The notes beneath the pieces were generated by a model. It did no database searches. It was not told the DNA's origin and saw only the letters and a list, made by a program, of their open reading frames with translations. The position numbers were made by a program, and so were the translations under genes. This document shows, piece after piece, positions 11,619 through 23,856 of a DNA stretch of 48,330 nucleotides; positions within the stretch are counted from its first letter, which is position 1, and every line of letters starts with the position of its first letter. Origin of the DNA: Octopus bimaculoides. Lineage: Eukaryota. The stretch covers positions 51,288,092 through 51,336,421 of the forward strand of contig NC_068989.1 of the NCBI RefSeq assembly GCF_001194135.2, read 5' to 3'.

Positions 11619-11926
11619 AATGTTAGCAAAAGTATAAGAAAACCATGCGTTGATAATGGAATAGTGTATTACACCCATTGCGTTTACTACTCAAAATATA
11701 AAACTGAAACCTTATTCCCTCCAAATAAAAAACTACACTTAAAATGTACAGTTCTATATTTAAGAGATGGAGATTATGTACATTATTTACATATGACGGA
11801 TATTTGTCCCCATGTTGTTTGTTGTTAACACAACCTTTCGGCTGATGTACCCTGCAGCCATCATCAGGTGTCTTGGGGAAATTAGGAACCTGGGTTCTCA
11901 TTCCTAAGGTATCTTTTCGATGTTGA

Positions 11927-11975
<49 letters not shown>
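11619..11975 (-). mobile_element. Composite element copy B (inverted relative to A and C)
   Basis: Reverse complement of 11619-11922 aligns by eye almost base for base to 9842-10168. (TAT)n at 11927-11975 is its upstream AAT tract. Confidence 0.9.
11827..11872 (-). ncRNA. Minimal type I hammerhead ribozyme motif, copy B (core intact)
   Basis: Minus strand reads GACAC-CTGATGA-T-GGCTG[CAGGGTACAT]CAGCC-GAAA-G-GTT-GTGTT: stem I GACAC/GTGTT, 5-bp stem II, conserved CUGAUGA and GAAA, GUU triplet. Position 15.2 is G rather than C. Confidence 0.8.
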
Positions 11976-12009
11976 GCCGATTCCAGGCAGTTATCTGAAT
12001 AATAATAAC

Positions 12010-12126
<117 letters not shown>

Positions 12127-12776
12127 NNNNNNNNNNNNNNNNNNNNNNNNNNNNNNNNNNNNNNNNNNNNNNNNNNNNNNNNNNNNNNNNNNNNNNNNNN
12201 NNNNNNNNNNNNNNNNNNNNNNNNNNNNNNNNNNNNNNNNNNNNNNNNNNNNNNNNNNNNNNNNNNNNNNNNNNNNNNNNNNNNNNNNNNNNNNNNNNNN
12301 NNNNNNNNNNNNNNNNNNNNNNNNNNNNNNNNNNNNNNNNNNNNNNNNNNNNNNNNNNNNNNNNNNNNNNNNNNNNNNNNNNNNNNNNNNNNNNNNNNNN
12401 NNNNNNNNNNNNNNNNNNNNNNNNNNNNNNNNNNNNNNNNNNNNNNNNNNNNNNNNNNNNNNNNNNNNNNNNNNNNNNNNNNNNNNNNNNNNNNNNNNNN
12501 NNNNNNNNNNNNNNNNNNNNNNNNNNNNNNNNNNNNNNNNNNNNNNNNNNNNNNNNNNNNNNNNNNNNNNNNNNNNNNNNNNNNNNNNNNNNNNNNNNNN
12601 NNNNNNNNNNNNNNNNNNNNNNNNNNNNNNNNNNNNNNNNNNNNNNNNNNNNNNNNNNNNNNNNNNNNNNNNNNNNNNNNNNNNNNNNNNNNNNNNNNNN
12701 NNNNNNNNNNNNNNNNNNNNNNNNNNNNNNNNNNNNNNNNNNNNNNNNNNNNNNNNNNNNNNNNNNNNNNNNNNNN

Positions 12777-13100
12777 AAATGGAAAAACTTTCAAAATACA
12801 AAGACCTGGAAATAGAGATAACTCGAATGTGGAATCTAAAAACAGAAACAATTCCTATCATAGTAGGTGCCTTAGGTATAATAAAAAAATATTCAGACAA
12901 ATACATAACAAAAACACCAGGACTTACAAATATATATAACATACAGAAAATTGCACTACTGGGTACTGCACACATTCTACGCAAAACACTTTCAATACAG
13001 TAAACATAAGAGCACCACAGCAAACCACAGCACATACCCAAGGCGCACAGAGCTGCGCTCGGTAGTGAAGTGAAAGCACGTTATAAAAATAAAACTACTG
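12777..13100 (+). mobile_element. R4/Dong-clade non-LTR retrotransposon 3' end (restriction-like endonuclease C-terminus and 3' UTR)
   Basis: ORF 12779-13003 'EKLSKYKDLEIEITRMWNLKTETIPIIVGALG...IQKIALLGTAHILRKTL' is the classic REL tail (K..KY..L, PIIVGALG). It is uninterrupted, followed by a short UTR ending directly in (AAT)n. The 5' part is hidden in the gap. Confidence 0.93.
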
Positions 13101-13187
13101 AATAATAATAATAATAATAATAACAACAACAACAGCACCATCGAAAAATACCTTAGGAATAAGAACCCAGGTTCGAAATTTCTCCAA

Positions 13188-13233
13188 GACACCTGATGAA
13201 GGCTAGAGGGTTTATCAGCCGAAACATTGTGTT
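13188..13233 (+). ncRNA. Minimal type I hammerhead ribozyme motif, copy C (core intact)
   Basis: GACAC-CTGATGA-A-GGCT[AGAGGGTTTATC]AGCC-GAAA-C-ATT-GTGTT. Position 16.2 is A rather than G, consistent with CpG decay of AACGTT. Confidence 0.8.
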
Positions 13234-13761
13234 AACAACAAACAAGATGACGGCAAATATCCGTCAAATGTAAATAATGGAAATAATGTACAATCTCGGA
13301 GTTGTCTAGGTTTAGTATCGATCATCCTGAAAGACACAATGAGCGTGTGTAAAATTTCGTGCGCGGCTCGGTGTGAATGACGTGTTGTAGTGCAATGCCT
13401 AACTCGATGGCCATCTACGTTTATCTGACCAAAATACCTGGAGCTACTAATAGCACTAAAATGCATGTTTCGGATGGTGTTGCCTGCGGATATAACATTT
13501 GTATCCCTGCCTTGTTCGGTCATTCATTGAGGCTACTTTCCGGAACTAGCTGCGGAAAGGGAATATCCCAGCTCGCTGAATTGAGTATCAGTTGTACTGT
13601 TGAGAAAGGACTTGAGTAAATTACGTGTATTTTAATTCCAATCGTGGCCGCCGCGTACGATTACATTTCACAAATACTGCAAAAATATTTCTAAATATTT
13701 ATTGCAAATATTGATATCACATTGTTGGTATCAACCAATCGGACACTCGGTCAGTCACCGC

Positions 13762-14009
13762 TTAACTGCTTAGATAGTACCTGATATTTTTGAAAAAGCA
13801 ACCTATTCCGACTACACCATTTTTTTTTAGATATGCATAAACATCTGACCTATATTCCAAACTAAACACACATATAAACACACAAACACGATTTTCTTCC
13901 CTTACTCGGGATATAATAATATGTAACAACACTTCATGTAGTTCAAATAGATATTTTTTCATACATTCGGTCGTTATTCAGTGAATAACTAAACTATACG
14001 CTCAGATAG
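13762..14009 (+). repeat. About 250-bp segment, copy 1 of a near-identical direct pair
   Basis: Matches 15803-16052 except for two substitutions and a small indel, by eye. Confidence 0.95.
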
Positions 14010-14890
14010 ATACACATGCATAAATGTGTAAATGCTATTTTCAATGTTGTAGCTATTTTGTAATCCACCATACGCATTAATCATATTTTCTCTCGAGATC
14101 TGACCCATCCACTAACGGGCGAATAATTATCGCATCATTCAGTAAGCAGTGACATATCCAACATGTTAGAAAGCATCTCATTCTCTGTCAATATGCTCTT
14201 TGCTTTAGCTATTATTGCTATTATTGACAAAATTTTGAAAATGTTTTCGGTGAACAAAAGGAAGAAAAAATGCAATTAATTGACTACTTCGTTAGAAAAT
14301 TAAACACTCCAGTATATTGTGCGGCAGTTAATTAATCGAATTCTCAACTTAAATAAATATAATTAGAACATGAGTATAATGCAATCAAATTTTCAATTAG
14401 ATAAGGTTTTAAGCATTAAAATTCCACTGAATTTCCATTTCTTACTACGTTCTAGTCCGTCATTCTTCCTCTCCTTTTCAATCAGTTTCATGTTTTTAAA
14501 TATTTCCCTGTATGCATTTCTCTATCAAAAACATAAACGAAATCTCTTTAACAGCCTTTCTTCTGTCTCTTCAAAAACATCACATCACTAGGTTTCAAAT
14601 TTTCTCATGTAAGGATAATTTGCTTTTCTAGCTCTAGATTTGTTGTAAATAGTAAAACCTTATTGTTTTTATAAAGAAGATATTTATGTAACTTACGTTC
14701 TTCGAATTATTGATAAACCAAACTTTAATTATTTGCTTCATTGATATTCAATAATTTAACACCAAAACATACTTCCTTCATTCGGCTCCATAAAATCCAT
14801 TAGTATTGCTATCACGATGAGCAAAATTGCATTTTGTTAACAATTGTTTGTGTGCCGCGAAACATGTTCTGTGTACTATTATGCTACATA

Positions 14891-16232
14891 CGCGTGTGGA
14901 CTGAAAAGTTCAAAGACCGATTATGAAGGATTGATGATAAAGCAATGAAATCGCGCCTGCATTACTTTCAACTCTCCTTATTTAATAGCTGCATTGTTGC
15001 TTTCCCGGTACACAGCCCTCTGATTGTTTAAAGAAAACTTCAAACGTAACTAGTGGAGACCTCTCTTAAAAATGGACAAAACTTACCATTGTAGTGTTAT
15101 CATACACCTGTGTAAAAAGAGGTTTATCCCCCAAGGAAATTCATGCTTTAGTGAAAAACTTTCCAGCTTTATTAACAGTGCAAATTTTGCGGAGAATGGT
15201 AAGACGTGAGGATGATCTAAGGTCTGGATGCCCTACGTTTGCCACCACTGAGGGGAAAACACAGACTTTGTTCGCCACATAGTGATAGCTGTCAGACGAT
15301 TGGCTATAAATTAAATAGCCAATGCTCTTGGCGTATCTCGTGAGAGAGTTGAAAATATTCTGTTCAATGAAATTGGCGTGACGAAGGTCACTGCACGATA
15401 CACACTACGTCTGCTGATATCTAATCACATCACAGAAAAGTGTTTGAGGTTTTGGAGGCAGATCCAGCTGGTGTACCTGAACGTTTCCTAACGCAAAATA
15501 AATGTTGGATTCATCGCTTTGGGCGATGAAGGACAACCAAGGTAGTGCTGCAAGCAAGGCGAAGGTCATTTCATCCGAGGGAAGGTAATGACATACGTTT
15601 TTTGGAATGAAAACAGCATTGTGTTTATTGATTATCTTTAGAAAGATTTAACAATCAATGGAGAGTATTATGTCAACTTGATGAGGCATTTACAAAATCT
15701 ATCGAACGTTCAGGAAAATTGACGAAAGGGTCCTTTTTTTATCACGACAATACTGTAGAACACAAGACCTTGTTTCAATGGTAGCTGTGCATGTTTGTGG
15801 CATTAACTGCTTAGATAGTACCTGATATTTTTGAAAAAGCAACCTATTCCGACTACACCATTTTTTTTTAGATATGCATAAACATCTGACCTATATTCCA
15901 AACTAAACACACATATAAACACACAAACACGATTTTCTTCCCTTACTCGGAATATAATAATATGTAACAACGCTTCATGTAGTTCAAATAGATATTTTTT
16001 CATACATTCGGTCGTTATTCAGTGAATAACTATAACCTATACGCTCAGATAGTTGTCCTATCTGACTATCATCTGTAACCCGACATGAAAAGAAAAATAC
16101 TTGCCTGGGAAGTAATATCACAATAATGATGACATCGTATTTGTTGTTTATGATTAACAGGATGAAAGCTTCGTCACCTAAGGGATAGAATCAGTGCGAC
16201 ACCGATGGAAAAACGGTGACTATTTTGAAAAA
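14891..16232 (+). mobile_element. Mariner DNA transposon fossil, interrupted by the 250-bp insert
   Basis: TA followed by a TIR-like 'cgcgtgtggactgaaaagttca'. Degenerate translation from ATG 15071: 'MDKTYHCSVI..GLSPKEIHA...EDDLRSGCP..ATTE...GKVMTYVFWNENSIVFIDYL...INGEYYVNL...VLF.HDN...SDYHL'. Confidence 0.9.
15803..16052 (+). repeat. About 250-bp segment, copy 2, inserted in the mariner
   Basis: Near-identical to 13762-14009. It replaces the HPPYSPDL-coding stretch of the transposase. Confidence 0.95.
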
Positions 16233-17539
16233 TGTCTCACAGGAACTGTTTTGAACAAAAACCTCGAGATAGTCTCTCCACTATGGTAATGAATCACTCC
16301 TTTCTCTTAACTCTAATTTATAATATACTGAAATTGAATATGAATTTTAAAACAATGAGTGAGATTTATGTATGTTATTCCTCAATAAACTGTGCTCAAA
16401 TTAAAACTCGGTAGATTTAAATATGCGTGATATTGAATCATATAATCTGTTTATGAATCTTGGTTAGTTTCAAGAGAGAATAAGTTTTTCCAACCACAGC
16501 ATTCACTAAGAATTTGGCGTCAACATTCAGTCCTCCAGTCAACGCTAAGTACCGATCTTTTGTTCCCCCAGGAGCATATTGGCTTTAAATATATATATTC
16601 CTCATATTATATAATGGTACCTTGTATTCCCAATTTGAGTTTTTATTCACTGCCTTCTTTTCATTTAATAGTTTTTTTTTAAATCTTGAACGTATCGAAG
16701 GGCTCTGTGATATTTACGCCTCATGTATATACGATAGATTACTTGACTGGAGAAACTGCATTTTTAGTATACGGTTATCGCTGAGAGTGATTAGTCTATA
16801 CCAACTTTATAAGTTGTAGACCTATTTGATTCTGCATTGCGTGTAAATAATATTACTTATATGCCAAGAATAATGTAATGGTCTTATGCACTTTTGCAAT
16901 TTCATTTAATGTCTCCACCGATTTACTTATTACCGTGTCCCTACCGTTGTAATTTCATACTGCAATGTATTGTTAATTTAACATTTAATTTTACATTACA
17001 TATTCATCTAACAAGCGTACTATCAATATTGTGTGTTGAACTATATCAAGTCCATGGATTTCTGTGTATACATAAAAAAATTCTTAGATTCCATTTGCAG
17101 TGCCATTTTCCATACGTTGAATTTGATATCAGTACTGCAATAGATAAATAATTAATATCAAGATGAGGTAGTATATAAAACTCCACAGTACTCTGTAACG
17201 AATCATATGCAATCATCTGGCTGAAATCATTACAACGTATGTAATGTGCTGTAACGACTTTTCTTACGTAAAGCTCCCGACTTAATATTATCAACTGAAT
17301 AATTCGAATTCGATTCAACTAATATCTACAACAACCCGCGTAGTATAGCTGTAAGTGTGCTTCTTCGGTGTTTTTGACTAGTCACTCAATCTGATAGAAA
17401 CATCCAGGAATTTCACATTCAAATTTGGAAGAGAAAATGGGCACTGATAATATAATCATAACAACATTATGACTATCCTAAAGTATAGGATAGTCACTGC
17501 AGAAATGTATTCTGGCATACTGCGCAACAATAAAAACAA

Positions 17540-17737
17540 TGTAACGGACTAACAAATCTCTTTACGAACAAACAATCAATATTCCTTGTGAACCGACACC
17601 TGACTTCACTGCGAAATAACATGAACTTCATTTGACTCCGAACTCTGAACTTCGAGCTCACTTGGTTCGTTACTACTTATACTTTACTCGGATCAGTCCA
17701 TCTGTCCCAAGGTGACGTCGCAGCTCTCATCACAACA
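17540..17737 (-). mobile_element. Probable solo LTR
   Basis: TGT...ACA termini; the minus strand has a TATAAG box and ends 'tccgttaca'; GC content is higher than the flanks. No clean TSD. Confidence 0.45.
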
Positions 17738-17887
17738 TAAACAACAGCTCATTCCTTTTAACAAAGGATTAATTTATGGTTTTGTCAATCTCAAACAAAT
17801 TTTCACATAACTATATACATTTTGAAAGAATATGAAATGGGTATAGTGACACTATTTCTCCCGAGGTGTAACATATATTATCAGAAA

Positions 17888-18105
17888 AAGGTAGTGATCT
17901 GGCACAATCCTTAACACGCCAAGCAAAATGCTTAGCGGCGTTTCGTTTCTCTTTACTTTCTGTGTTTAAATTCCACCGAGATAGATTTTGACTGCCAATC
18001 TTTCGGGTACGATAAAATAAACATCGGTTGAGCACTGGTGTAGACTTACCCTGTCCTATGAACTTGCTAGCCTTGTTCCAAAATTTGAAACCAATATAGT
18101 TTATT
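17888..18105 (+). mobile_element. Degenerate tRNA-derived SINE
   Basis: 'gatctggcacaatccttaacacgccaagcaaaatgcttagcggcgtttcg...aaattccaccgagatagattttg' matches the family at 8439-8856. Confidence 0.8.
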
Positions 18106-19784
18106 ACAATACATTCATAATTATAAGTTATGTATCAATTATTTATCATATATTATAAAAATACTGAATATTATGCAGACAAGCTAAATTTAATATTTAT
18201 TGTTATTCGTTACTTTGATAATAAAAACTAAATTTGGAGATGCACAAATAATTTCATTGCGTCACTATATTTTATTTTAATAACGTAAATATTAGCATTT
18301 TTCACAGCACAACAGGAATGTCAGCCAGGAATCAAACGTAATAAACCAATGTACTGACCTTACTCATAGCGTAAAATGTCACCGTGCAGACATGGAACGA
18401 TCTAAGCTTAATAGAAATGCATCTAAATGAACCAATAATAATTTAGCTTACAAGTCTCAGATTTGGAACATTGGCACTATGCATGATGCAGTCACTTTTA
18501 TGTACATGAATTGTAAACTTATGCTTCTTATGTATTTGAACTCATATTTTCCAGTTAAATGTACATTAAGTTATAGTAGCATAATTATATATCATGCTGC
18601 TATATAATTATGATACCATAATTTCTAATATTTAAAACTCTTATGTTCAGTATCACCACAACATATTCATAGGAATATCAATACTACAGTCGGTATCAAA
18701 ACTATAAACAGGTGATAAAATCATTTTATTAACGTAGTAAAGTATAGTGAACTATGGCTTAAAATAAGTGATACTGAGGTTTGAGTATTATGCAACTAAT
18801 CATTAACACATATCTTTCGGAAATAAAATCGTCTCAAGACGGCTTAACTTTACATATAAATTTCGAATTACAATAATTTCAAAATTATACTAATATAAAT
18901 ATAATAGACACATTTATTATTTATCACCTTGATTTTACATGATAAGCTTGGAAAGTTGAAGCCTTGAACGAAATATATGACATGCAAGTGCACCAAGAAC
19001 TTTCATGTACAGTCCTTATAAGAGGTCATATTAACGAGGTCTTCCATTTCTCCAAATGCAACACGTATCGCATTTATCATAAAAAATCACAACGAAGTAT
19101 ACATAACAAATGTGTAGAAAAACATGATTTCCAGATATTAGTATTTTTTACAATTTAAAATGATTGCAATTTATAAATAATTTCGTTCAAGCACTGTCTC
19201 ATGATATGGATATCATTTTAATCTAAGGCGAATGTGAGAGAGCTGATGTTTTTGAATAGGTATACTGAAATGCATTACAAATATTTTATACTGTTAGTAC
19301 TCAGCTTAAAGTGCGATTGTCAAAAACACAAATAAAGTTTCAACACGTTTTCTCAAATAGCAAGCACTTTTAAATCATCATTTTGACATTTACATACATC
19401 TTAAATACACAATTTTCTGTCGTCTCTGGCGGTGTGTATTTGTCGAGAAATGAAGACTTCACATTTACATACTCTGAAACTAATTAACAGTTTAGAGAAA
19501 GAAATATATTTAATATTTCATAATTTGCTCCAAATATATTAGACAATAATTTAATTTAGCATTATAATATTTCTGGAAACATTTTATTCGGGGTGTTTTA
19601 GATTCCGTAATATGGGCTTATACCCATAAAATGATAAAGTTTCTGAAGTGATTCTTCAAATTTCGGCCATGTGCTACATTTTGATCGAAAACCAGAGCAA
19701 AGTTAAAATCATAAATGGATGTGAGAAGAGGATATCATGACTCTAATTTCACTATTTCAGTTAGAGGCTATAAATATATATATA

Positions 19785-20023
19785 ACTAAATGTGTGTATA
19801 TATATATATATATATATATNNNNNNNNNNNNNNNNNNNNNNNNNNNNNNNNNNNNNNNNNNNNNNNNNNNNNNNNNNNNNNNNNNNNNNNNNNNNNNNNN
19901 NNNNNNNNNNNNNNNNNNNNNNNNNNNNNNNNNNNNNNNNNNNNNNNNNNNNNNNNNNNNNNNNNNNNNNNNNNNNNNNNNNNNNNNNNNNNNNNNNNNN
20001 NNNNNNNNNNNNNNNNNNNNNNN

Positions 20024-20090
<67 letters not shown>
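19785..20090. repeat. (TA)n, gap 19820-20023, (GT)n
   Basis: Direct reading. Confidence 0.95.
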
Positions 20091-20091
<1 letters not shown>

Positions 20092-21209
20092 AAATTGTCT
20101 TTCGGTATATAGATTCGTTGCACTGTTGTTCTCCCATAATCTTGTGTAAGCTTCTACGTAGTACAATTTAGGATACTGTAAATTATTAAGAATTATAATG
20201 GAGGAAATTTCTTTGTAAATAATTGAAGTGAACTTAACATTTGCTTATCATATTGTATCTAAACAGTGATTCATCACATGCGACTTAACTGAAATCAAAC
20301 GTGTGTTAAGCATTATTACGTTTTAAAATTTGCTTCAATTTGTAGAAGCAGAAAAGCTTCACTTGATATCCTAACATCATATATTAGATGAAATATGCAG
20401 GAAATCAGACTTTTATATTGGCGAAGCAATTTATCTTCACACAATACCTTTCAATAATACAATATTCTCACAATTTATCAAATTACTGATTAATGTATTT
20501 CTCTATACAACATTTTCAAGTTGTATTTGATTTAAACTTATATCCATTGTGAAGGATACCAATAATCAATACAGACCTTTCACTTATGCAATACGTTCTT
20601 TCGTCTTGTTGATGTTAAATATGTCTCAGTTAATACAGATGCCTTTGCTTTTTATTGATTTATTTCATGAATTCTTGTTTAGTCAAATTCTCATTAACTG
20701 ATATCTATAGAAACCGAGGGAATTTTCTATAAATATTACCTTATCGTTTTCCAACTTAAGCAACTTTATGCTATACACTTTACGGGACAATGGTCCGGTG
20801 ATAGATCACAGAATCTACAAATTGTAGAATTTGGGTTGAAATAGCATTTATATATCAGATTTGACTACGTTTTGAATATCAACAATTTCATGTTAAGTAT
20901 ATTTATGTAGGTTCAAATCGGATGGTATTCAAATCTAATTTTTTCATCAGTCACGTGTTGATAGGCAACGTTTTTAATTACAAAAACATAAAAAAATGTA
21001 ATGTTGAAGAGATATAGATGTGTGGTACATTTCGCAAAATGTAGTTTTGAATTTGAACTCACTATGCAACACAATAAGCAAGTGAGTTTCTGTTGCAGCC
21101 ATTGGCTGACTAGTACAGTGGGATTTTCGGCGTGGAATTTATAAAATAGAAACTATATATACATATGTATATCCATATATAGCTTGCTAGCTAGCTAGCA
21201 AGCTAGATA

Positions 21210-21438
<229 letters not shown>

Positions 21439-21684
21439 AAAGAGAATAAGTCAAGGTAGAAAATGCTAAAGTAATTTTCTCATGAAAAACATTTTAGTAC
21501 CGGTTTCAGTCATTGAGACTTTTTCAACTGTAAGTAAGGAAAAAAAAAATAGATTGTGGAAAAATTAAACAAAAAGTTTTATTTTTTAATATTTCCATAG
21601 TATTCAAATATAAGGGGCATTTTCCTTGTTTCTGCCTGCCTCTGTCTCTCTTTTTTTTTTTTACTCTTGCGTGTATGTGTAGTA

Positions 21685-22500
21685 GTTTGTCTATTTCACT
21701 TTCCAGAGCACTCGATTTCACTAGTAGGAGTGTGCAACAACCTGTTCTTAAGGGTCCACTTGGCCTTCTTTGCAACACCCAAGTAACGATCTCAATATTT
21801 CTGCCTTTGTGTCCATCAAAATATTCCCTACACATTTCTCAGGACGGGTTTTTAATATTGCCAATGCCCCTAGAAACAACTGCGATCTCAGTTACTTTAT
21901 TCATTGCCCATATTCGAGCAATTTCAGTTGCTTATACATCTTTGTCACCCACTCATCTTTGAATTCTTCATCATTTTCTGAATTACAACAATGTCTGGTC
22001 TCCGAGAATCAGTCACTGAATCACACTGGGTTGTAAAATCTCACAAGGTCATATGCACATTAATCTCGAAGGTACCTTCTGGTTTATACTCGTAACATTT
22101 CAATGAACTTTCAAGGCGGTAGTTCCCATTCAGTTTCTGCACTTACTTAGCAAAGTTATCATGCATTCTTTTGTATTACTTTTGGGCCAGTTCACTACAC
22201 TCATTCACACTATGTTTCACTTTTGATGGCACACATCCTACAAATGGTGTTATTCACTACTCATACGCATTTGAAACAGTGTTTAATATATTTTTAGAGC
22301 TTGTTCCTGAGTCATGCACATGAATGGCTCAGTGCATCTCTTCTGATCACATTCCTTTAAACACATCCAGGCGTTGGATATGTCTGTTCCTTCCATTTCT
22401 CCTGGGTATTGCTCATGTAACGATTTCATTATCCAGTGATTCAATCGTTCTTCACCATCTTAATTCTAATATGCCTTTGGGTGTATCACACTTTCACTAG
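21685..22500 (-). mobile_element. Decayed R4/Dong-clade retrotransposon 3' portion (CCHC knuckle and REL endonuclease)
   Basis: Minus-strand translation gives 'QEQAL...ICRMCAIKSET..VNECSELAQK*YKRMHDNFAK...CYEYKPEG...L*DFTTQCDSVTDSRRPDIVVI'. Confidence 0.85.
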
Positions 22501-22549
22501 GTATCGTTTTGTTCTTTCTAACAACAACGAAACATATATGTATACATAT

Positions 22550-22580
22550 ATGTAAGTGTAAGTGTGTATGCGTGTGTATG

Positions 22581-22655
<75 letters not shown>

Positions 22656-23325
22656 NNNNNNNNNNNNNNNNNNNNNNNNNNNNNNNNNNNNNNNNNNNNN
22701 NNNNNNNNNNNNNNNNNNNNNNNNNNNNNNNNNNNNNNNNNNNNNNNNNNNNNNNNNNNNNNNNNNNNNNNNNNNNNNNNNNNNNNNNNNNNNNNNNNNN
22801 NNNNNNNNNNNNNNNNNNNNNNNNNNNNNNNNNNNNNNNNNNNNNNNNNNNNNNNNNNNNNNNNNNNNNNNNNNNNNNNNNNNNNNNNNNNNNNNNNNNN
22901 NNNNNNNNNNNNNNNNNNNNNNNNNNNNNNNNNNNNNNNNNNNNNNNNNNNNNNNNNNNNNNNNNNNNNNNNNNNNNNNNNNNNNNNNNNNNNNNNNNNN
23001 NNNNNNNNNNNNNNNNNNNNNNNNNNNNNNNNNNNNNNNNNNNNNNNNNNNNNNNNNNNNNNNNNNNNNNNNNNNNNNNNNNNNNNNNNNNNNNNNNNNN
23101 NNNNNNNNNNNNNNNNNNNNNNNNNNNNNNNNNNNNNNNNNNNNNNNNNNNNNNNNNNNNNNNNNNNNNNNNNNNNNNNNNNNNNNNNNNNNNNNNNNNN
23201 NNNNNNNNNNNNNNNNNNNNNNNNNNNNNNNNNNNNNNNNNNNNNNNNNNNNNNNNNNNNNNNNNNNNNNNNNNNNNNNNNNNNNNNNNNNNNNNNNNNN
23301 NNNNNNNNNNNNNNNNNNNNNNNNN
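22550..23325. repeat. (TG)n followed by assembly gap 22656-23325
   Basis: Direct reading. Confidence 0.95.
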
Positions 23326-23514
23326 ATTATTTCTAAGATGATTTCTTATATTGAAGTTTACCATTTCCCTATATTCAGCTCTCTCATATCGTCTCTGATA
23401 AAGGCATATCCCTCATATCTCTGAAGCAGCTGTAAGACTAACCTTCCCTTTATAAATATCCTACAAATTTCATACTGCCTTGACTTTGTTTTCTCATTTT
23501 CTATACATATATAT

Positions 23515-23740
23515 GCCCAGCATGGCCACAGTCAAATTGATGACTGAAACAAGTAAACAATAACATAGATACACATAAACACAAACACACACACATATAT
23601 ATATATATATATGACGGGCTTCTTGCAGCTTCCGTCTACCAAATCAACTCTCACGTATTTGGTCGATCTGTGGTGTCACGCAGTGAGACTGAACCTGAAA
23701 TGGTTGGTAAACAAGTTATTTACCACACAGCCACTACTGC
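23515..23740 (-). mobile_element. CORE-type SINE pieces with internal microsatellite (5' part on minus strand; a 3' tail fragment on plus strand at 23515-23565)
   Basis: 'gacgggcttcttgcagcttccgtctaccaaatc' is the reverse complement of the motif at 46940-46985; the tail 'cagcatggccacagtcaaat..gactgaaacaagtaaa' matches 47255-47285. Confidence 0.7.
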
Positions 23741-23770
23741 CTTTGTATATGCATACATATACATATACAT

Positions 23771-23842
<72 letters not shown>

Positions 23843-23856
23843 ATACACACACACAC

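Noticed and set aside
13295-13659. CpG-rich stretch ending 'tggccgccgcgta', Tc1/mariner-TIR-like
   Set aside because: No matching second TIR or transposase motif recognised; too weak to call.
13762-13962. Duplicated 66-aa ORF 'MKKYLFELHE...' (also 15803-16003)
   Set aside because: It is conserved only because the DNA is a recent duplicate; no domain or splice context.
17046-17318. 90-aa minus-strand ORF with 'NSTYGKWHCKWN'
   Set aside because: No recognisable domain; the internal acceptor gives inconsistent frames.
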